Source: Candidatus Hadarchaeota archaeon
GTDB lineage: Archaea; Hadarchaeota; Hadarchaeia; Hadarchaeales; JAWBSP01
Reading direction: 5' to 3'
Length of the DNA stretch: 64,000 nucleotides
NCBI GenBank assembly: GCA_964474885.1
Contig: CAYYWO010000003.1
Span: 1 to 64,000 of the forward strand
Part shown: positions 1-10,302 of the stretch, piece after piece
Numbering within the stretch: the stretch's first letter is position 1
Layout: each line of letters begins with the position of its first letter
Notes under the pieces: generated by a model
What the model was told of the DNA's origin: nothing
The model's input: the letters and a program-made list of their open reading frames with translations, nothing else
Database searches by the model: none
Program-made: the position numbers and the translations under genes

Positions 1-2
1 GG

Positions 3-212
3 GTTGGGAGGGCTTTCGGGATAATAATGACAGCAGCCCTGACCACCGTCGGGGCCATGTTCATGCTCATGTTCATAGGGTTCGGTGCCATGAAGGGTTT
101 CGCCATCGTTACCATCCTGGGTCTGCTCATCGCCGTCTTCCTCACCCGTCCGGCCTACGGTGAGATGGCGAGCTCCATCCTCTCCAGGCGGTTGCAGCTC
201 AGAGCAGGTTGA
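3..212 (+). CDS. secD: Preprotein translocase SecD, C-terminal part (truncated by window edge)
   Basis: TM segments ending KGFAIVTILGLLIAVFLTRPAY, typical archaeal SecD C-terminus. Confidence 0.8.
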   Translation, partial: VGRAFGIIMTAALTTVGAMFMLMFIGFGAMKGFAIVTILGLLIAVFLTRPAYGEMASSILSRRLQLRAG

Positions 213-462
213 CCAAGGTCATCAGCAGGGCCAGGGTGCCCGTCAGGCTTAGGAAGCCCAGGTAAAACCTGGACACGTTCATCAGGCGCAGGGTCTTCCT
301 CCCGAGGACGTAAACGAGCGAGCCGCTGGCGAAGCAGAACCAGAAGGTGATCATGGAGACGAGCGGCTTCTCGAGGCCTATGTAGAGCAGGAGTGCGGCC
401 AGGAAGCCCGAGAGTGCCAGCACGTTCGCCAGCGGGTACAGGGGTATCAGTTCCTTCCTCAA
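199..462 (-). CDS. Small hypothetical membrane protein
   Basis: 87-aa ORF with about 3 hydrophobic segments, abutting the DUF61 gene. Confidence 0.55.
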   Translation of the reverse strand: MRKELIPLYPLANVLALSGFLAALLLYIGLEKPLVSMITFWFCFASGSLVYVLGRKTLRLMNVSRFYLGFLSLTGTLALLMTLVNLL

Positions 463-463
463 G

Positions 464-856
464 TCAAGCCACGAAGCAGTACTCGGTCACCGTCGAGAGC
501 CTGTCCCTGAGCTGGGCGAGCTCCGGTCGGTAAAGCAGGAGCTCCTCGGCCGGCTCCTTCCCCAGGAGCTTAGCGATCACCTTGCATTCGTAGCTCCCCC
601 TCACCCTAGCCGTCCCCCTCCCCAGCCTGGGATCCAGCTCGATCATGATGGGCAGCTTCAGCTTGCCCCATTCCCCCGGGGGGAGGAGGGATTTGAGGAG
701 CTCCAGCTCCGACCTGCGGAACCTGTGCTTCCCCCCATTCGCCAGCTCCACCTCCGGCTTCTCCAGTGCCTCGGCGAGCGTGACCCTCCGCTTGGGCAGG
801 TGCGCGTTCAGCCTGTTGATCTCCCTCAGGATTACCTGGTCACCGGAACCTAACAT
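464..856 (-). CDS. DUF61 (UPF0216) family protein
   Basis: INRLNAHLPKRRVTL...HRFRRSEL...LKLPI...YRPEL motifs; ATG at 856. Confidence 0.8.
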   Translation of the reverse strand: MLGSGDQVILREINRLNAHLPKRRVTLAEALEKPEVELANGGKHRFRRSELELLKSLLPPGEWGKLKLPIMIELDPRLGRGTARVRGSYECKVIAKLLGKEPAEELLLYRPELAQLRDRLSTVTEYCFVA

Positions 857-859
857 ATC

Positions 860-1674
860 TCCACGTGGAGACATGGTAGGCCGTGCCTAGCCTGCCGTAC
901 ACGACCCTCGCTTTGTGCCGGGAGATGTTGCGGATCATTCGCGGCCGCGTGGAGCAGGTTGTTTGTTTTGTTCGTCGGGGCGTGCTGAACTTCATGGCAG
1001 TTTATGCGCGCCATGCCAGCACACGCTCGTGCTCCGCAACTGCGAAGTCGATGTGCCCCATTCATGTCGAGCACCATCACCCGCCTGGGCTCTGGCTCCG
1101 ATTCCTCGGAGACCTCGACCACAATACGCACGTCGTGCCCCCTGCCATCGTCGCGTCGCTTGATCATCACGGTGTACGGGTGCTCCCCGTCCAGCAGGTG
1201 CCCGTATCGCTGGAGGTACTTCTTAGGGATGAAGATCTCCGGGTAGATCCAGCGCCTGCCCGCACCTGGCACGTTGATCCTCAACACGATTTTTCCGTTT
1301 TCCTTGATAATTCGGGCGTTCAGGTTGCCCTTTTTTGTCCTGTCGCCGCGGGAGATGATAAGCGAGTTCCGCCGCTTGTGATATTCTCCTCGCGATATCT
1401 TTTCCTGCTCGCGCAGGCGCTGGAGCTCGAGCCCCCCGAAGGTCGCATGGGGAGGCAGGTCTTTGATCGAGATGTACGCGTCCTTCGCATAACGGGAGTT
1501 TATCCCGATTTGCTCCTGAAGCGTACGCTCTATCTCGGCTTCTGGCACGCCACGCTGCTTGAGCGCGTATGCCCTGCGCCTAGCGCTGCCAAAGCGGTGG
1601 TGGAGCTCCTTCAAGCGTGCCTCGTCTCGCGGGTCGATGCGCACGATCGTCGCAGGGATCGTCAGCTTAGGCAT
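860..1674 (-). pseudogene. tnpB: Truncated, frameshifted IS200/IS605-associated TnpB/Cas12f-like nuclease
   Basis: N-terminal INSRY and SRGDRTKKGNLNARI motifs, RuvC-I-like VMVLDMN, then frameshifts (HIDFAV continues in another frame); no Zn finger or RuvC-III. Confidence 0.7.
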
Positions 1675-1988
1675 GGTTCGTCAATTATAACTTTTTGCCG
1701 TAAATGGGAAGAGAGTTGGCTCGAAGTATTCGTCCCACGCACAGTCTTGATTTATGCATTCATGCACTACGACAGGTAGTACTGAACAGGATTTAGTCAT
1801 CGTGTTTTTCAAAACAGAGATACATTTCCGTGCTTCGAGTGCTGTGAACCTCAGAGAAATCACCACAATCGCCTATTTTCCATGTCAAGCCTGGGCAATA
1901 CCCAATAGAGACCGATCGTTCTTGCTAACTGTTCGTTTATTCTTTTCCTAATCTTGTGAAAATATGTGAAGTTATCGGCGACTGTTAC

Positions 1989-2636
1989 TCACCTCCATCT
2001 CCTCTCCTCCAGAATCACCTTCACCCTCTTCAGCCTGACGAAGTTGTCCCTCTCCATCTCCTCCAGCCTGAAGCTTATGAAGGAGATGAGGGAGCGGAGC
2101 CTGGGTATGAGCACGTGCTCCAGGGCGTTCACCCTCCTCCTCGTCCTCTCGAGCTCGTAGCCTATCCACCTCACGGATTCCTCCAGCTCGGCGAGCTCGC
2201 ACAGGCTCCTCAGGGCCCTCTCGAAGGCAAGGGATGCCTCGTCCAGCAGGGCGGAGGTGGTGTGCAGCTGGTACCCCCTCTCGACCGCTCTCCTCTCCGT
2301 TTTAGGGGGCTCCACGAGGGGCAGCCTCACCCCCATGACGGAGCGCGTTGAGGACTCCAGCTGCACCCGCTTGAGGGTCGAGCGGGCTGCCTGCAGCAGC
2401 CTCTCCCTCCCCATGACCGCCATGCACCTGCCCAGCTTCCTGTGGGCCTCCGCCAGCTCCGAGAAGGCCTCCCTCCGCTTTGCCTTTATCCTCCTGACAA
2501 GGCCCAGAAACTCCATCATGAGGGCCTCCATCTTCTCCTCGAGCAGGTCGTGCCCCTTCTGGGCCAGGGACACCCTCTGCCTTAGCCTTATGAGCTCCAT
2601 CCGCGTGGGCGAGACGGTCGAGACCGCCTTGGGCAT
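1989..2636 (-). CDS. atpD: A/V-type ATP synthase subunit D
   Basis: PTRMEL...GHDLL, TRRRVNALE, LEEMERDNFVRLK. Confidence 0.95.
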   Translation of the reverse strand: MPKAVSTVSPTRMELIRLRQRVSLAQKGHDLLEEKMEALMMEFLGLVRRIKAKRREAFSELAEAHRKLGRCMAVMGRERLLQAARSTLKRVQLESSTRSVMGVRLPLVEPPKTERRAVERGYQLHTTSALLDEASLAFERALRSLCELAELEESVRWIGYELERTRRRVNALEHVLIPRLRSLISFISFRLEEMERDNFVRLKRVKVILEERRWR

Positions 2637-2959
2637 TAACCTATCACCACCTGAACCCCTGCCGTCCTCCTGACCAGCCTCTCCAGCTCATCCACGGCGG
2701 GAAAGTACCCCCTGTGGTCGGGGATGGTCAGGAGGAGCGGGAAGAGCCGCTTCTCCCTGACCAGCAGCTCCAGCTCGGGGCCAAGCTCCTCCCTCACGCT
2801 GGAGGTTATCATGAGCAGTGTTACGGAAGGATCCGAAAGGAGAGCCCTTATTCTTTCCAGGGTCTCCTTCTTTTGCCTGTGAACGTGCAGTACCTGAACC
2901 CCGGCGAGGGAGAATCCGACAACCGTCTCCTCATCCCCAACCACCGCTATCTTCCCCAT
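2636..2959 (-). CDS. atpF: A/V-type ATP synthase subunit F
   Basis: KIAVVGDEETVVGFSLAGV, IPD, RRTAG; ATG at 2959. Confidence 0.92.
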   Translation of the reverse strand: MGKIAVVGDEETVVGFSLAGVQVLHVHRQKKETLERIRALLSDPSVTLLMITSSVREELGPELELLVREKRLFPLLLTIPDHRGYFPAVDELERLVRRTAGVQVVIG

Positions 2960-2999
2960 CCTCCCCCTTTTCCGGAGCTTTTTATCCAAGTGAACCTGG

Positions 3000-4142
3000 A
3001 AGTGTTTCAGTTAAACATCCCACTACCGGGAGGCGGCTTCGTTTCATTTGGGAACGCCACCAAATTTATCCAGAGCATGTGACTCCGTGATGCAGGCGAA
3101 GTACAAACAGTTAGTTGCTCGGATCTTCCAAAAGCTCAATCCCTACGAGAGAAACCGCTTTGTTCCACTGCTCACTCTTTGATCCATCAGCGTGGGAGGA
3201 GATGCCGAGTGATTCCACCGGTACCGATCCGAACTCGATGAGCGCGTAATCAGAATCCTCCACAAGGCCGACCCCAAATTTCGCAGGAAGATTACCCGAT
3301 CCCCACAAACCAGAGATGAGTTCTTCCGCGGCTTCGTGTATAGTGGTGATCTGTGTGAACAAATGATAGCGGGGGCCCTGAATGTTTGAGAGAAAATTAG
3401 AACAAGGACTCATAGAAAGGGACTCCCTGATCTGATCTCACGCGTTCGGGAAAAGGAAATCGGGACAGAGAATAAAGCGGCTGGCAGTGGGTAAAGGCCC
3501 CACCCGGCCCTGAGGGACGAGGTGTTGGACAGGCTGGAGCCCAAGGTGTGGAACAGCCTTTCGTGCTTCTCTTGACCTTCCCAGAGTTGGAGCTTGCCGA
3601 GGAAGAGCGGGAATTCGTCGAGAAGAACCCCATGAGAGTCCATATGTTCCTGAGCGGATTCCAATTTTTAGGGGATCTCATGCAAAACAGGACGGGGTCG
3701 CCAGCACGTGTCGTGTGCAAGTACATCACCTCCGAGTACTCTGAGGAGTTTTCGTTCGATGCAATAGTTCGCGAACTGGCAAAAGTAAAGAGAATTAGGA
3801 AGTTAATGGGGGTGAAGTCTTGGGAATCCGTGATGCTTAGTTTGCTTGGTGCGAAAGCTCGGTTCCAAGAGTGAGGGTAGGAAAAAGCTCATGAAGCTTG
3901 CCTTCTTGGTTGAACACTTGACGTGCGTTCAGGGATGCTTGGAAGGAGCCCAGACTTGGGAGTCTGTTCTTCATCCACTATTACGAGTTTTCAGCTTCGA
4001 CGTGATGAGGGAGTACGAGAGCCTGGTGCGTGAAGGTGTGCTAATCGATGGGTACCCTGTGAGGCTTGGCCGTGGGGTCAAGATACAACTGGATGAAGAA
4101 CTGAGGCGCGATGTTGACCAGATTATACCTCGTGCTCCTTAG
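3000..4142. other. Lower-GC insert with fragmentary hypothetical ORFs (3548-3874 +, 3891-4142 +, 3111-3413 -)
   Basis: Separates atpC from atpF; short broken ORFs with no recognisable family. Confidence 0.4.
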
Positions 4143-5203
4143 TGGATCAGGAGGGGCGCGATCTCCTCCGGCGTGAGGCCCTCCCTCTTCAGCACGAGCA
4201 GAGCCTTGAGGTCCCTAGCCTCCGCCTCCTTCATGTAGAAGTACCTCACAGCCGGGAGGATGGAGAAGAAATCCCTGCCGGCGAGCAACCGGCAGAGCCT
4301 GAGCAGACCCTTGTCCAGCTCCCTCTCGAACTCCAGCAGGCTGCCCGTAGCCTCCACCCTCGGACCCGCCCTCGCCGCCACCTCCCTATAGGGTGTCTCC
4401 CCCAGCTGGCGGAAGAAGGAGGACAGGTCGGGGGAGTTTATGAGCTGCTCCATCTGCCGGGCGGACAGGAGGAACGAGGGACGTATAACGAGCTCCGAGA
4501 TCCTGGGCGGGGGCATCCCCTCCCTCTTCATCCTGGCCATCAGCTTGAGATTTACCAGCTCCACCTCTATACCTACGAGCTCCTTCACGAATCTGCCCCT
4601 CCTCCTCGCCTCCGCCCAAAGCCTCTCGTAGTAGTGCCTCTCGAGTGCCCAGAAGAGTGCCCTCAGCCCGATCCTCCTGTACTCTTCCAGGGAAGAGCGT
4701 ACCGGCTCCTCGTAAGGGGTCCCCCTTAGGTACTCGAGCAGCTCCTCCACGCTCCTTGCACCCTTCAGCAGCTTCAGCCTGTCGGGCGGGCAGAGGGAGG
4801 GCAGGAGAGCGGGGGGCTCACCCGTCTCGATGGATGTGAGCAGGGACTCCAAGTTGAAGACATCGAACCTCTCCAGGAGCAGGTCGAAGAGCCTCCTGTC
4901 CTTCTTCGGCAGGTTCTCCCTTATCTCCAGGTACCTCTTTATACAGATCTCGTGCACAGCCTTCTCCCACTCCCCGGGCTCTCTCGAGGACAGGACCTCG
5001 TAGTCCGTGCCGGAGAGAGAGGAGAGCACGCCCTTCAGATCCTGTCCCCTCAGCTCCGCAAACTTGCCCGGGGTGAGCATCCTCCCCTCCCAGGCGCTTA
5101 TCATGGCGTTGACATATGCGTACCCGAAAGTTCGCCTGGTGTCCCAAGCTACAAATCCCAGCATGCCGGCAATCAGGGCCAGAAGGGGGTATATGATTTC
5201 CAT
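4139..5203 (-). CDS. atpC: A/V-type ATP synthase subunit C
   Basis: YAYVNA, GTDY, GTPY, LERHYY, KEAEARDL motifs; operon position. Confidence 0.92.
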   Translation of the reverse strand: MEIIYPLLALIAGMLGFVAWDTRRTFGYAYVNAMISAWEGRMLTPGKFAELRGQDLKGVLSSLSGTDYEVLSSREPGEWEKAVHEICIKRYLEIRENLPKKDRRLFDLLLERFDVFNLESLLTSIETGEPPALLPSLCPPDRLKLLKGARSVEELLEYLRGTPYEEPVRSSLEEYRRIGLRALFWALERHYYERLWAEARRRGRFVKELVGIEVELVNLKLMARMKREGMPPPRISELVIRPSFLLSARQMEQLINSPDLSSFFRQLGETPYREVAARAGPRVEATGSLLEFERELDKGLLRLCRLLAGRDFFSILPAVRYFYMKEAEARDLKALLVLKREGLTPEEIAPLLIH

Positions 5204-5773
5204 TCAGGAGAACAGAATTCGGGCTACTTCCACCCGCAGATCCTCGAACCTCCTGCGGATCCTAGACTCAAAGGTCTCGTCCAGCAAGAGCTTCCCATCG
5301 GAGGAGCTGGCCTTGAACCCCCCAATGGTCTGGAGATCCGCCTCTACCTTGATCCCGCGGATGAGCCTCCGGGCCAGCTTGGCGTCGGAAGGATTCATCC
5401 TCACCACGGCTCCCTTCCCCAGCACCGAGAGCGCCTCTGAGAGCTTCCGCTTGAGCCATTCCCGATAAGCCTGGGTCTTAGTGAACTCCTGCAGCCTCCT
5501 CCTGACCTCCTCCATCACCTCCCCCACGAGCTGCTCCCTGAGCTCTAGGATCTCCTTCCTCAGCGCGAGCTTCTCTTTCATGACCTTCTCTCTGAGGAGT
5601 TGCTTCCCCTTCTCCCTCGCCTCCGCCAGCCGCCTCTCGAGGTCCTCCTTGGCCGCGATCTCCGCCGCGTGGACTATTGTCTGCGCCTCCCGCTTGGCTG
5701 CCTCCTCCAGCTCCTTTCCCTTCCCCCTCGCCTGCGACAGGATGTCCTCCGTTATCCTCTTGCTTCCCTCCAA
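5204..5773 (-). CDS. atpE: A/V-type ATP synthase subunit E
   Basis: Coiled-coil N-terminus, IGGF..SSDG..DETFE, VARILF. Confidence 0.9.
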   Translation of the reverse strand: MEGSKRITEDILSQARGKGKELEEAAKREAQTIVHAAEIAAKEDLERRLAEAREKGKQLLREKVMKEKLALRKEILELREQLVGEVMEEVRRRLQEFTKTQAYREWLKRKLSEALSVLGKGAVVRMNPSDAKLARRLIRGIKVEADLQTIGGFKASSSDGKLLLDETFESRIRRRFEDLRVEVARILFS

Positions 5774-5774
5774 C

Positions 5775-6269
5775 TCACAGGACCCCAGTTAAGGATAACA
5801 TCAGGATGGAAGCCAGAAAGCCGAGGATCGCGTAAAGCTCGACGGACACCACATACATAGCCCCGGGTGCGAAAACTTCCGGCCTCTTGGCGAAGGCGGA
5901 AACCGCTGCTGAAGCCGTCCTGCCTTGAAGGATGGAGGTGAAGCCCTGCAGGATTGCCGGGAGGCTGCACATGAAGATCAGCAGGCCTATCTCGGGGACA
6001 CTTGCTATTGCACTTTTCAGGGTGAGGGTCCCCCCGCTCACGGCCAGGCCCGTGGTGAGGACTATGAGGAATCCAGCCACGAACCCGTAAATCCCCTGCG
6101 TACCGGGCATGATCACGAAGAGGAGGGCCTTGTAAGCCTTCTTGGGATCCTCAGCAGCTACGGCCGAGGCAGATACTCCCGCGCACCCAACACCGATGGC
6201 CGAGCAGATACCCGGGATGGCAACCGCAAGACCGGCTGCCAGGGCGACCCAAACCGCCTCAGCTACCAT
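5775..6269 (-). CDS. atpK: A/V-type ATP synthase rotor subunit c (K), 4-TM duplicated type
   Basis: PGTQGIYG, ILQG and VELYAILG motifs. Confidence 0.93.
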   Translation of the reverse strand: MVAEAVWVALAAGLAVAIPGICSAIGVGCAGVSASAVAAEDPKKAYKALLFVIMPGTQGIYGFVAGFLIVLTTGLAVSGGTLTLKSAIASVPEIGLLIFMCSLPAILQGFTSILQGRTASAAVSAFAKRPEVFAPGAMYVVSVELYAILGFLASILMLSLTGVL

Positions 6270-8236
6270 TGCTTTAACCTAACCAGCCGCCTTTTAACCT
6301 TGAAAGGGCTGAACCTTCTGCCCCCTCCCTCGAAGAACTTCCCGAAGAACTCGACGAAGTGTAGCCTCATGGTGTGGACGAAGCCCCCTAGGGAGTTCAG
6401 CAGGACGTTTGCGGTGTGCATGAAGGCGAAGGCTATCACGAGCAGGGGGAGGGAGAGCCAGAGCACCCAGACGGAGATGCCCTCGAAGAACCCGTACGCC
6501 ATGCTCAGCAGGTAATTTATCGTGAAGGCTATGATCCCCGTCGCCAGACAGAGTGCCATCAGGCGGGTGTAGGATGCCGCATCGGAGATCCAGCCCGCCA
6601 GCCCGTAGACCGTGCTCAGGGGGGCAGAAAACCTGCCCATCCCCTTCTCCTTGAGTGCGGCCGCCAGCACAGCTAGAAGCAGACCGGCGTAGAAGAGATA
6701 CCTGAAGTGCACGGGGCCCGAGGAAAGAGTTGGGTTAAAGGCATCGAACAAGCTAACCTTCTCGAACCTGTAGTCGATCCCAAACTCGTACAGCCCCATA
6801 CCCAAAATGGAAAAGGCCAGGCAGAAGAATCCTATGAGGGCTACGGCCTTCCCCAAGTTGCCCAGGGCCTCAAGCCAGTCCCTCCTCATGAATCCCTTGG
6901 CCGAAGCGAAGAGCATGCCTGTCAGCAGGTGCAGGATGCCCAAAAAGACTGAGAGTTTCACGAGGGGGACGGGATTATCCATCCCGCTCACCCACAGGGG
7001 ATGCTGGCCGAACACCCCTCCCACGAGCAAACCTACAGGGACCGTCACGGCTGCGCATGCCAGGACCACGGTCCTCAGCCTCCCGGAAATCACCTCCTTC
7101 AGAGGGCCTGGAGAGAAGTAGGCCAGGAGGCCCAGAATGACGCCGTACGCGGCATCGCTCAGGCAGATCGCGAAGAAGAGGGGGAAGGTGAGGGAGAGCA
7201 GGGGGGTCGGATCCACCTCGAAGTACTTGGGGGTGCCGTAGAGCTCAGTCAAGAGCTCGAAATCCCTGACGCCCCTAGGGTTCCTGAGTATGGTCGGAAC
7301 CTCTTCCTCCTCCGAGAGGGGGGGCTTAAAGGTCTTGAAGATGAGCTTCCCCTCCGAACTTCTCACTAGTTGCCCCTCCAGCTCCTTCACCCTGTCCGCC
7401 GGCACCCACCCCTCCAGCAGGAGGGTTGCCTCCGTGTAACCGAAGAGGGATGTTGCCTCAAGCCTGTCCCTGTAAAGCTCCGCGAGCTCGAGCAGGGCCT
7501 GTAAGTCTCTCGCCTCCTCGGAGATTCCGCTTATCCTCCTTCTGGTTTGCTCCAGCTCCCTCCCTACTCGGGCCAGTTTTCGCTGGATCTCCGCCAAGGG
7601 GTCGGGTGCCTCTGCTTCGGGGATCTCCACCATTTCCGCTCCCAAGCGGTAGAGGATGGCCGGGACCTTGCCCGCCCGCTCCCTCATGCAGGCGAGGACC
7701 ACGAGAGGCTTTTTCCCCTTCCCGGACTTCATCCAGAAACTCCCCAGTTCTGCGCGCAGCTCTGCCCCGAGCTGCTCCACCCTCTCCTCCTCAATCCTGA
7801 CCAGCCAAACCCTCACCCTCTCCGAGCCCCTCAGGTAGGCAGCCGGCACGCCCAGCTGGGCGAGCTCCTGAAGGATCGCCCTCCTCTCCTCCAAAATCCT
7901 CCTCTCCTCCTCCAGCTGCTGTTCATGCTTGAGCAGGGGGCGGACCTCCTTCTCCAGTTGCGCTACGCGGCCTTCCACCTGCCGCACGAACTCCTGGAAA
8001 GGGGGGAGCCTCTCGAGCTCGAGCGGACTGGCTGGAGGGTGCAGGGTTTCCAGGAGCTTTCTGAGCCTGAGGATGAGATCCAAGAGGGGACGGAGCTCTG
8101 GTCTCCTCCTCCCCAGTTCCAGCTTCGTCTCCCTGAACTGGGCTATCCCGAGCTCATGCAGCTCGCTAAGAACTCTCTCCCCAAGCCTTTGGGGGACGAG
8201 AGCCCTGAAGCCTAGGACTTTCTGACTGCGAAACAT
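6263..8236 (-). CDS. atpI: A/V-type ATP synthase subunit I (a)
   Basis: YGTPKYFEVDPT, SYTRLMAL, HTMRLHFVEFFGKFFEGGG. Confidence 0.95.
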   Translation of the reverse strand: MFRSQKVLGFRALVPQRLGERVLSELHELGIAQFRETKLELGRRRPELRPLLDLILRLRKLLETLHPPASPLELERLPPFQEFVRQVEGRVAQLEKEVRPLLKHEQQLEEERRILEERRAILQELAQLGVPAAYLRGSERVRVWLVRIEEERVEQLGAELRAELGSFWMKSGKGKKPLVVLACMRERAGKVPAILYRLGAEMVEIPEAEAPDPLAEIQRKLARVGRELEQTRRRISGISEEARDLQALLELAELYRDRLEATSLFGYTEATLLLEGWVPADRVKELEGQLVRSSEGKLIFKTFKPPLSEEEEVPTILRNPRGVRDFELLTELYGTPKYFEVDPTPLLSLTFPLFFAICLSDAAYGVILGLLAYFSPGPLKEVISGRLRTVVLACAAVTVPVGLLVGGVFGQHPLWVSGMDNPVPLVKLSVFLGILHLLTGMLFASAKGFMRRDWLEALGNLGKAVALIGFFCLAFSILGMGLYEFGIDYRFEKVSLFDAFNPTLSSGPVHFRYLFYAGLLLAVLAAALKEKGMGRFSAPLSTVYGLAGWISDAASYTRLMALCLATGIIAFTINYLLSMAYGFFEGISVWVLWLSLPLLVIAFAFMHTANVLLNSLGGFVHTMRLHFVEFFGKFFEGGGRRFSPFKVKRRLVRLKQW

Positions 8237-8541
8237 CAGGCCAGAATCCTCTCCATCACGCGTTCACATGCCTCGCTCAGCTTCCTCTCGGCCTGCTTCC
8301 TCATCCGCTCCTTCTCTTTTTCGGTCTCTTTCCTGAGCTTCTCGATTTCCTTTTCAGCCTGTTGTTCCCACTTCCTGAGCTCCCGCTTGGCCGCCTTTTC
8401 CGCCTCCTGGGCCATCTTTTGCTTGAGTTCCTCCGCCCTCCTCCTAGCCTCCTCCCTGATCCGTTGCGCGGCCTCCTCGGCGACCCGGATAATCTCCCTG
8501 GCCTTCTCCTCGGCCCTAAAAATCTCCCCTAGCTCCTCCAT
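8236..8541 (-). CDS. atpH: A/V-type ATP synthase subunit H (G)
   Basis: 101-aa charged coiled coil at the head of the operon. Confidence 0.85.
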   Translation of the reverse strand: MEELGEIFRAEEKAREIIRVAEEAAQRIREEARRRAEELKQKMAQEAEKAAKRELRKWEQQAEKEIEKLRKETEKEKERMRKQAERKLSEACERVMERILA

Positions 8542-8571
8542 CGGGTTTAAACGGGAGGGCTTTTAAAAAGG
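8542..8571. promoter_or_regulatory. Back-to-back TATA boxes of divergent atpH and atpA promoters
   Basis: TTTAAA at 8546-8551 and TTTTAAAA at 8561-8568, each about 20-27 nt upstream of the opposite ATG in a 30-bp gap. Confidence 0.6.
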
Positions 8572-10302
8572 ATGGGCAAAATACTCCGCATAACCGGACC
8601 CGTGGTGATCGCGGAGGGCATGAAAGGGACGGCCATGTACGAGCTCGTCAGGGTCGGGGAGCTGGGTCTGATCGGGGAGGTGATAGGGCTGAAGGGTGAG
8701 CAAGCCATCATTCAGGTTTACGAGGAGACCGTGGGGCTGCGGCCCGGGGAGCGCGTTGACCCGACGGGCAGGCCCCTCTCCGTCGAGCTGGGGCCAGGCC
8801 TGATAGGTGCCATTTTTGACGGAATCCAGAGGCCCTTGACGGAGATAAGGAAGGAGGTCGGGGACTTCGTGACGAGGGGCATCTTCCCCCCCGCTCTGCC
8901 CAGAGACAAGAAGTGGGAGTTCGTGCCCACAATAAAGAAGGGACAGGAGGTAAGAGGGGGTGAAGTCCTGGGAATCGTAAAGGAAACCGAGCTGGTGGAG
9001 CAGAAAATCCTGGTTCCTCCGGACGTTTCGGGGAGAGTCACGGAGATCCGGGAGGGGAAGTTCACGGTCAAGGAACCCATTGGTGAAGTCTCGAACGGGC
9101 GAAAAGTTGAGCTGAGGCTCATGCACAGCTGGCCCGTGAGGAGGCCCAGGCCCTACCGGAAAAAATTGCCCCCCTCCGAACCCCTCATCACGGGTCAGAG
9201 GGTGGCGGACCTACTCTTCCCGGTGGTCAAGGGGGGGACGGCTGCCATCCCGGGAGGCTTCGGTACCGGGAAGACCGTTTTCCTGCATCAAACCGCAAAG
9301 TGGTCGGATGCAAAGGTCATCGTCTACGTTGGGTGCGGAGAGAGAGGAAACGAGATGTGCGACGTGCTCGTGCACTTCCCCCAGCTGAAGGACCCCAAGA
9401 CGGGAAGGCCCCTGATGGAAAGGACCGTGCTTGTCGCCAACACCTCAAACATGCCCGTGGCTGCTAGGGAGGCCAGCGTCTACACCGGCGTGACCATAGC
9501 TGAGTACTTCAGGGACATGGGGTACCATGTGGCGCTCATGGCGGACTCCACCTCGAGGTGGGCGGAAGCCATGAGGGAGATCTCGGGGAGGCTGGAAGAG
9601 ATGCCGGGAGAGGAAGGTTTCCCGGCTTATCTGGCTTCTAGGCTGGCGGAGTTTTACGAGAGGGCGGGCATGGTGGAGACCTTGAGCGGGGAAAGAGGTA
9701 GCCTGACCATCCTGGGGGCCGTCTCCCCGCCCGGGGGGGACTTCTCGGAGCCCGTGACGCAGAACACCCTCCGAATAGTCAAGGTGTTCTGGGGGCTGGA
9801 CAGCTCCCTGGCGGACAGGAGGCACTTCCCCTCCGTGAACTGGCTCACGAGCTATTCCCTTTACTTGGAAGACGTCCAGCGATGGTGGGGGGAGCTGGGG
9901 AACTGGTCCGAGCTGAGGAAGGAGGCCATGTCCATCCTCCAGAGGGAGGCTGAGCTGCTAGAGATAGTCAGGCTGGTCGGGCCGGATGCCCTGCCAGAGC
10001 CAGACCGTGCCCTCTTGGAAGTCGCGAGGCTGATAAGGGAGGACTTCCTCCAGCAATCTGCCTTCGACCCTGTCGATACCTACTGCCCACCCAAGAAGCA
10101 GCTGCTCATGCTGCAGGTTATCCTGCACTTCTACAAGGTGGCGATGGATGCCGTTAAGGAAGGTGTGCCCGTCAGCAGGCTCAGGGAGCTCCCCGTGCTG
10201 GCGGACATCGCCCACATGAAGAGACTCCCGGAGAAGGAGTTCCTGCAGCAGTTCGATGGGATGCTCAGGAAGATCGATGAACAGATAAGGGGATTGAAAT
10301 GA
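8572..10302 (+). CDS. atpA: A/V-type ATP synthase subunit A
   Basis: GGFGTGKT P-loop, [19 protein letters not shown]; no intein. Confidence 0.98.
   Translation: MGKILRITGPVVIAEGMKGTAMYELVRVGELGLIGEVIGLKGEQAIIQVYEETVGLRPGERVDPTGRPLSVELGPGLIGAIFDGIQRPLTEIRKEVGDFVTRGIFPPALPRDKKWEFVPTIKKGQEVRGGEVLGIVKETELVEQKILVPPDVSGRVTEIREGKFTVKEPIGEVSNGRKVELRLMHSWPVRRPRPYRKKLPPSEPLITGQRVADLLFPVVKGGTAAIPGGFGTGKTVFLHQTAKWSDAKVIVYVGCGERGNEMCDVLVHFPQLKDPKTGRPLMERTVLVANTSNMPVAAREASVYTGVTIAEYFRDMGYHVALMADSTSRWAEAMREISGRLEEMPGEEGFPAYLASRLAEFYERAGMVETLSGERGSLTILGAVSPPGGDFSEPVTQNTLRIVKVFWGLDSSLADRRHFPSVNWLTSYSLYLEDVQRWWGELGNWSELRKEAMSILQREAELLEIVRLVGPDALPEPDRALLEVARLIREDFLQQSAFDPVDTYCPPKKQLLMLQVILHFYKVAMDAVKEGVPVSRLRELPVLADIAHMKRLPEKEFLQQFDGMLRKIDEQIRGLK

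Noticed and set aside
883-1779. Long antisense or alternate-frame ORFs (e.g. 883-1779, 21896-22795, 24684-25394)
   Set aside because: Shadows of real genes in GC-rich sequence, with no recognisable motifs
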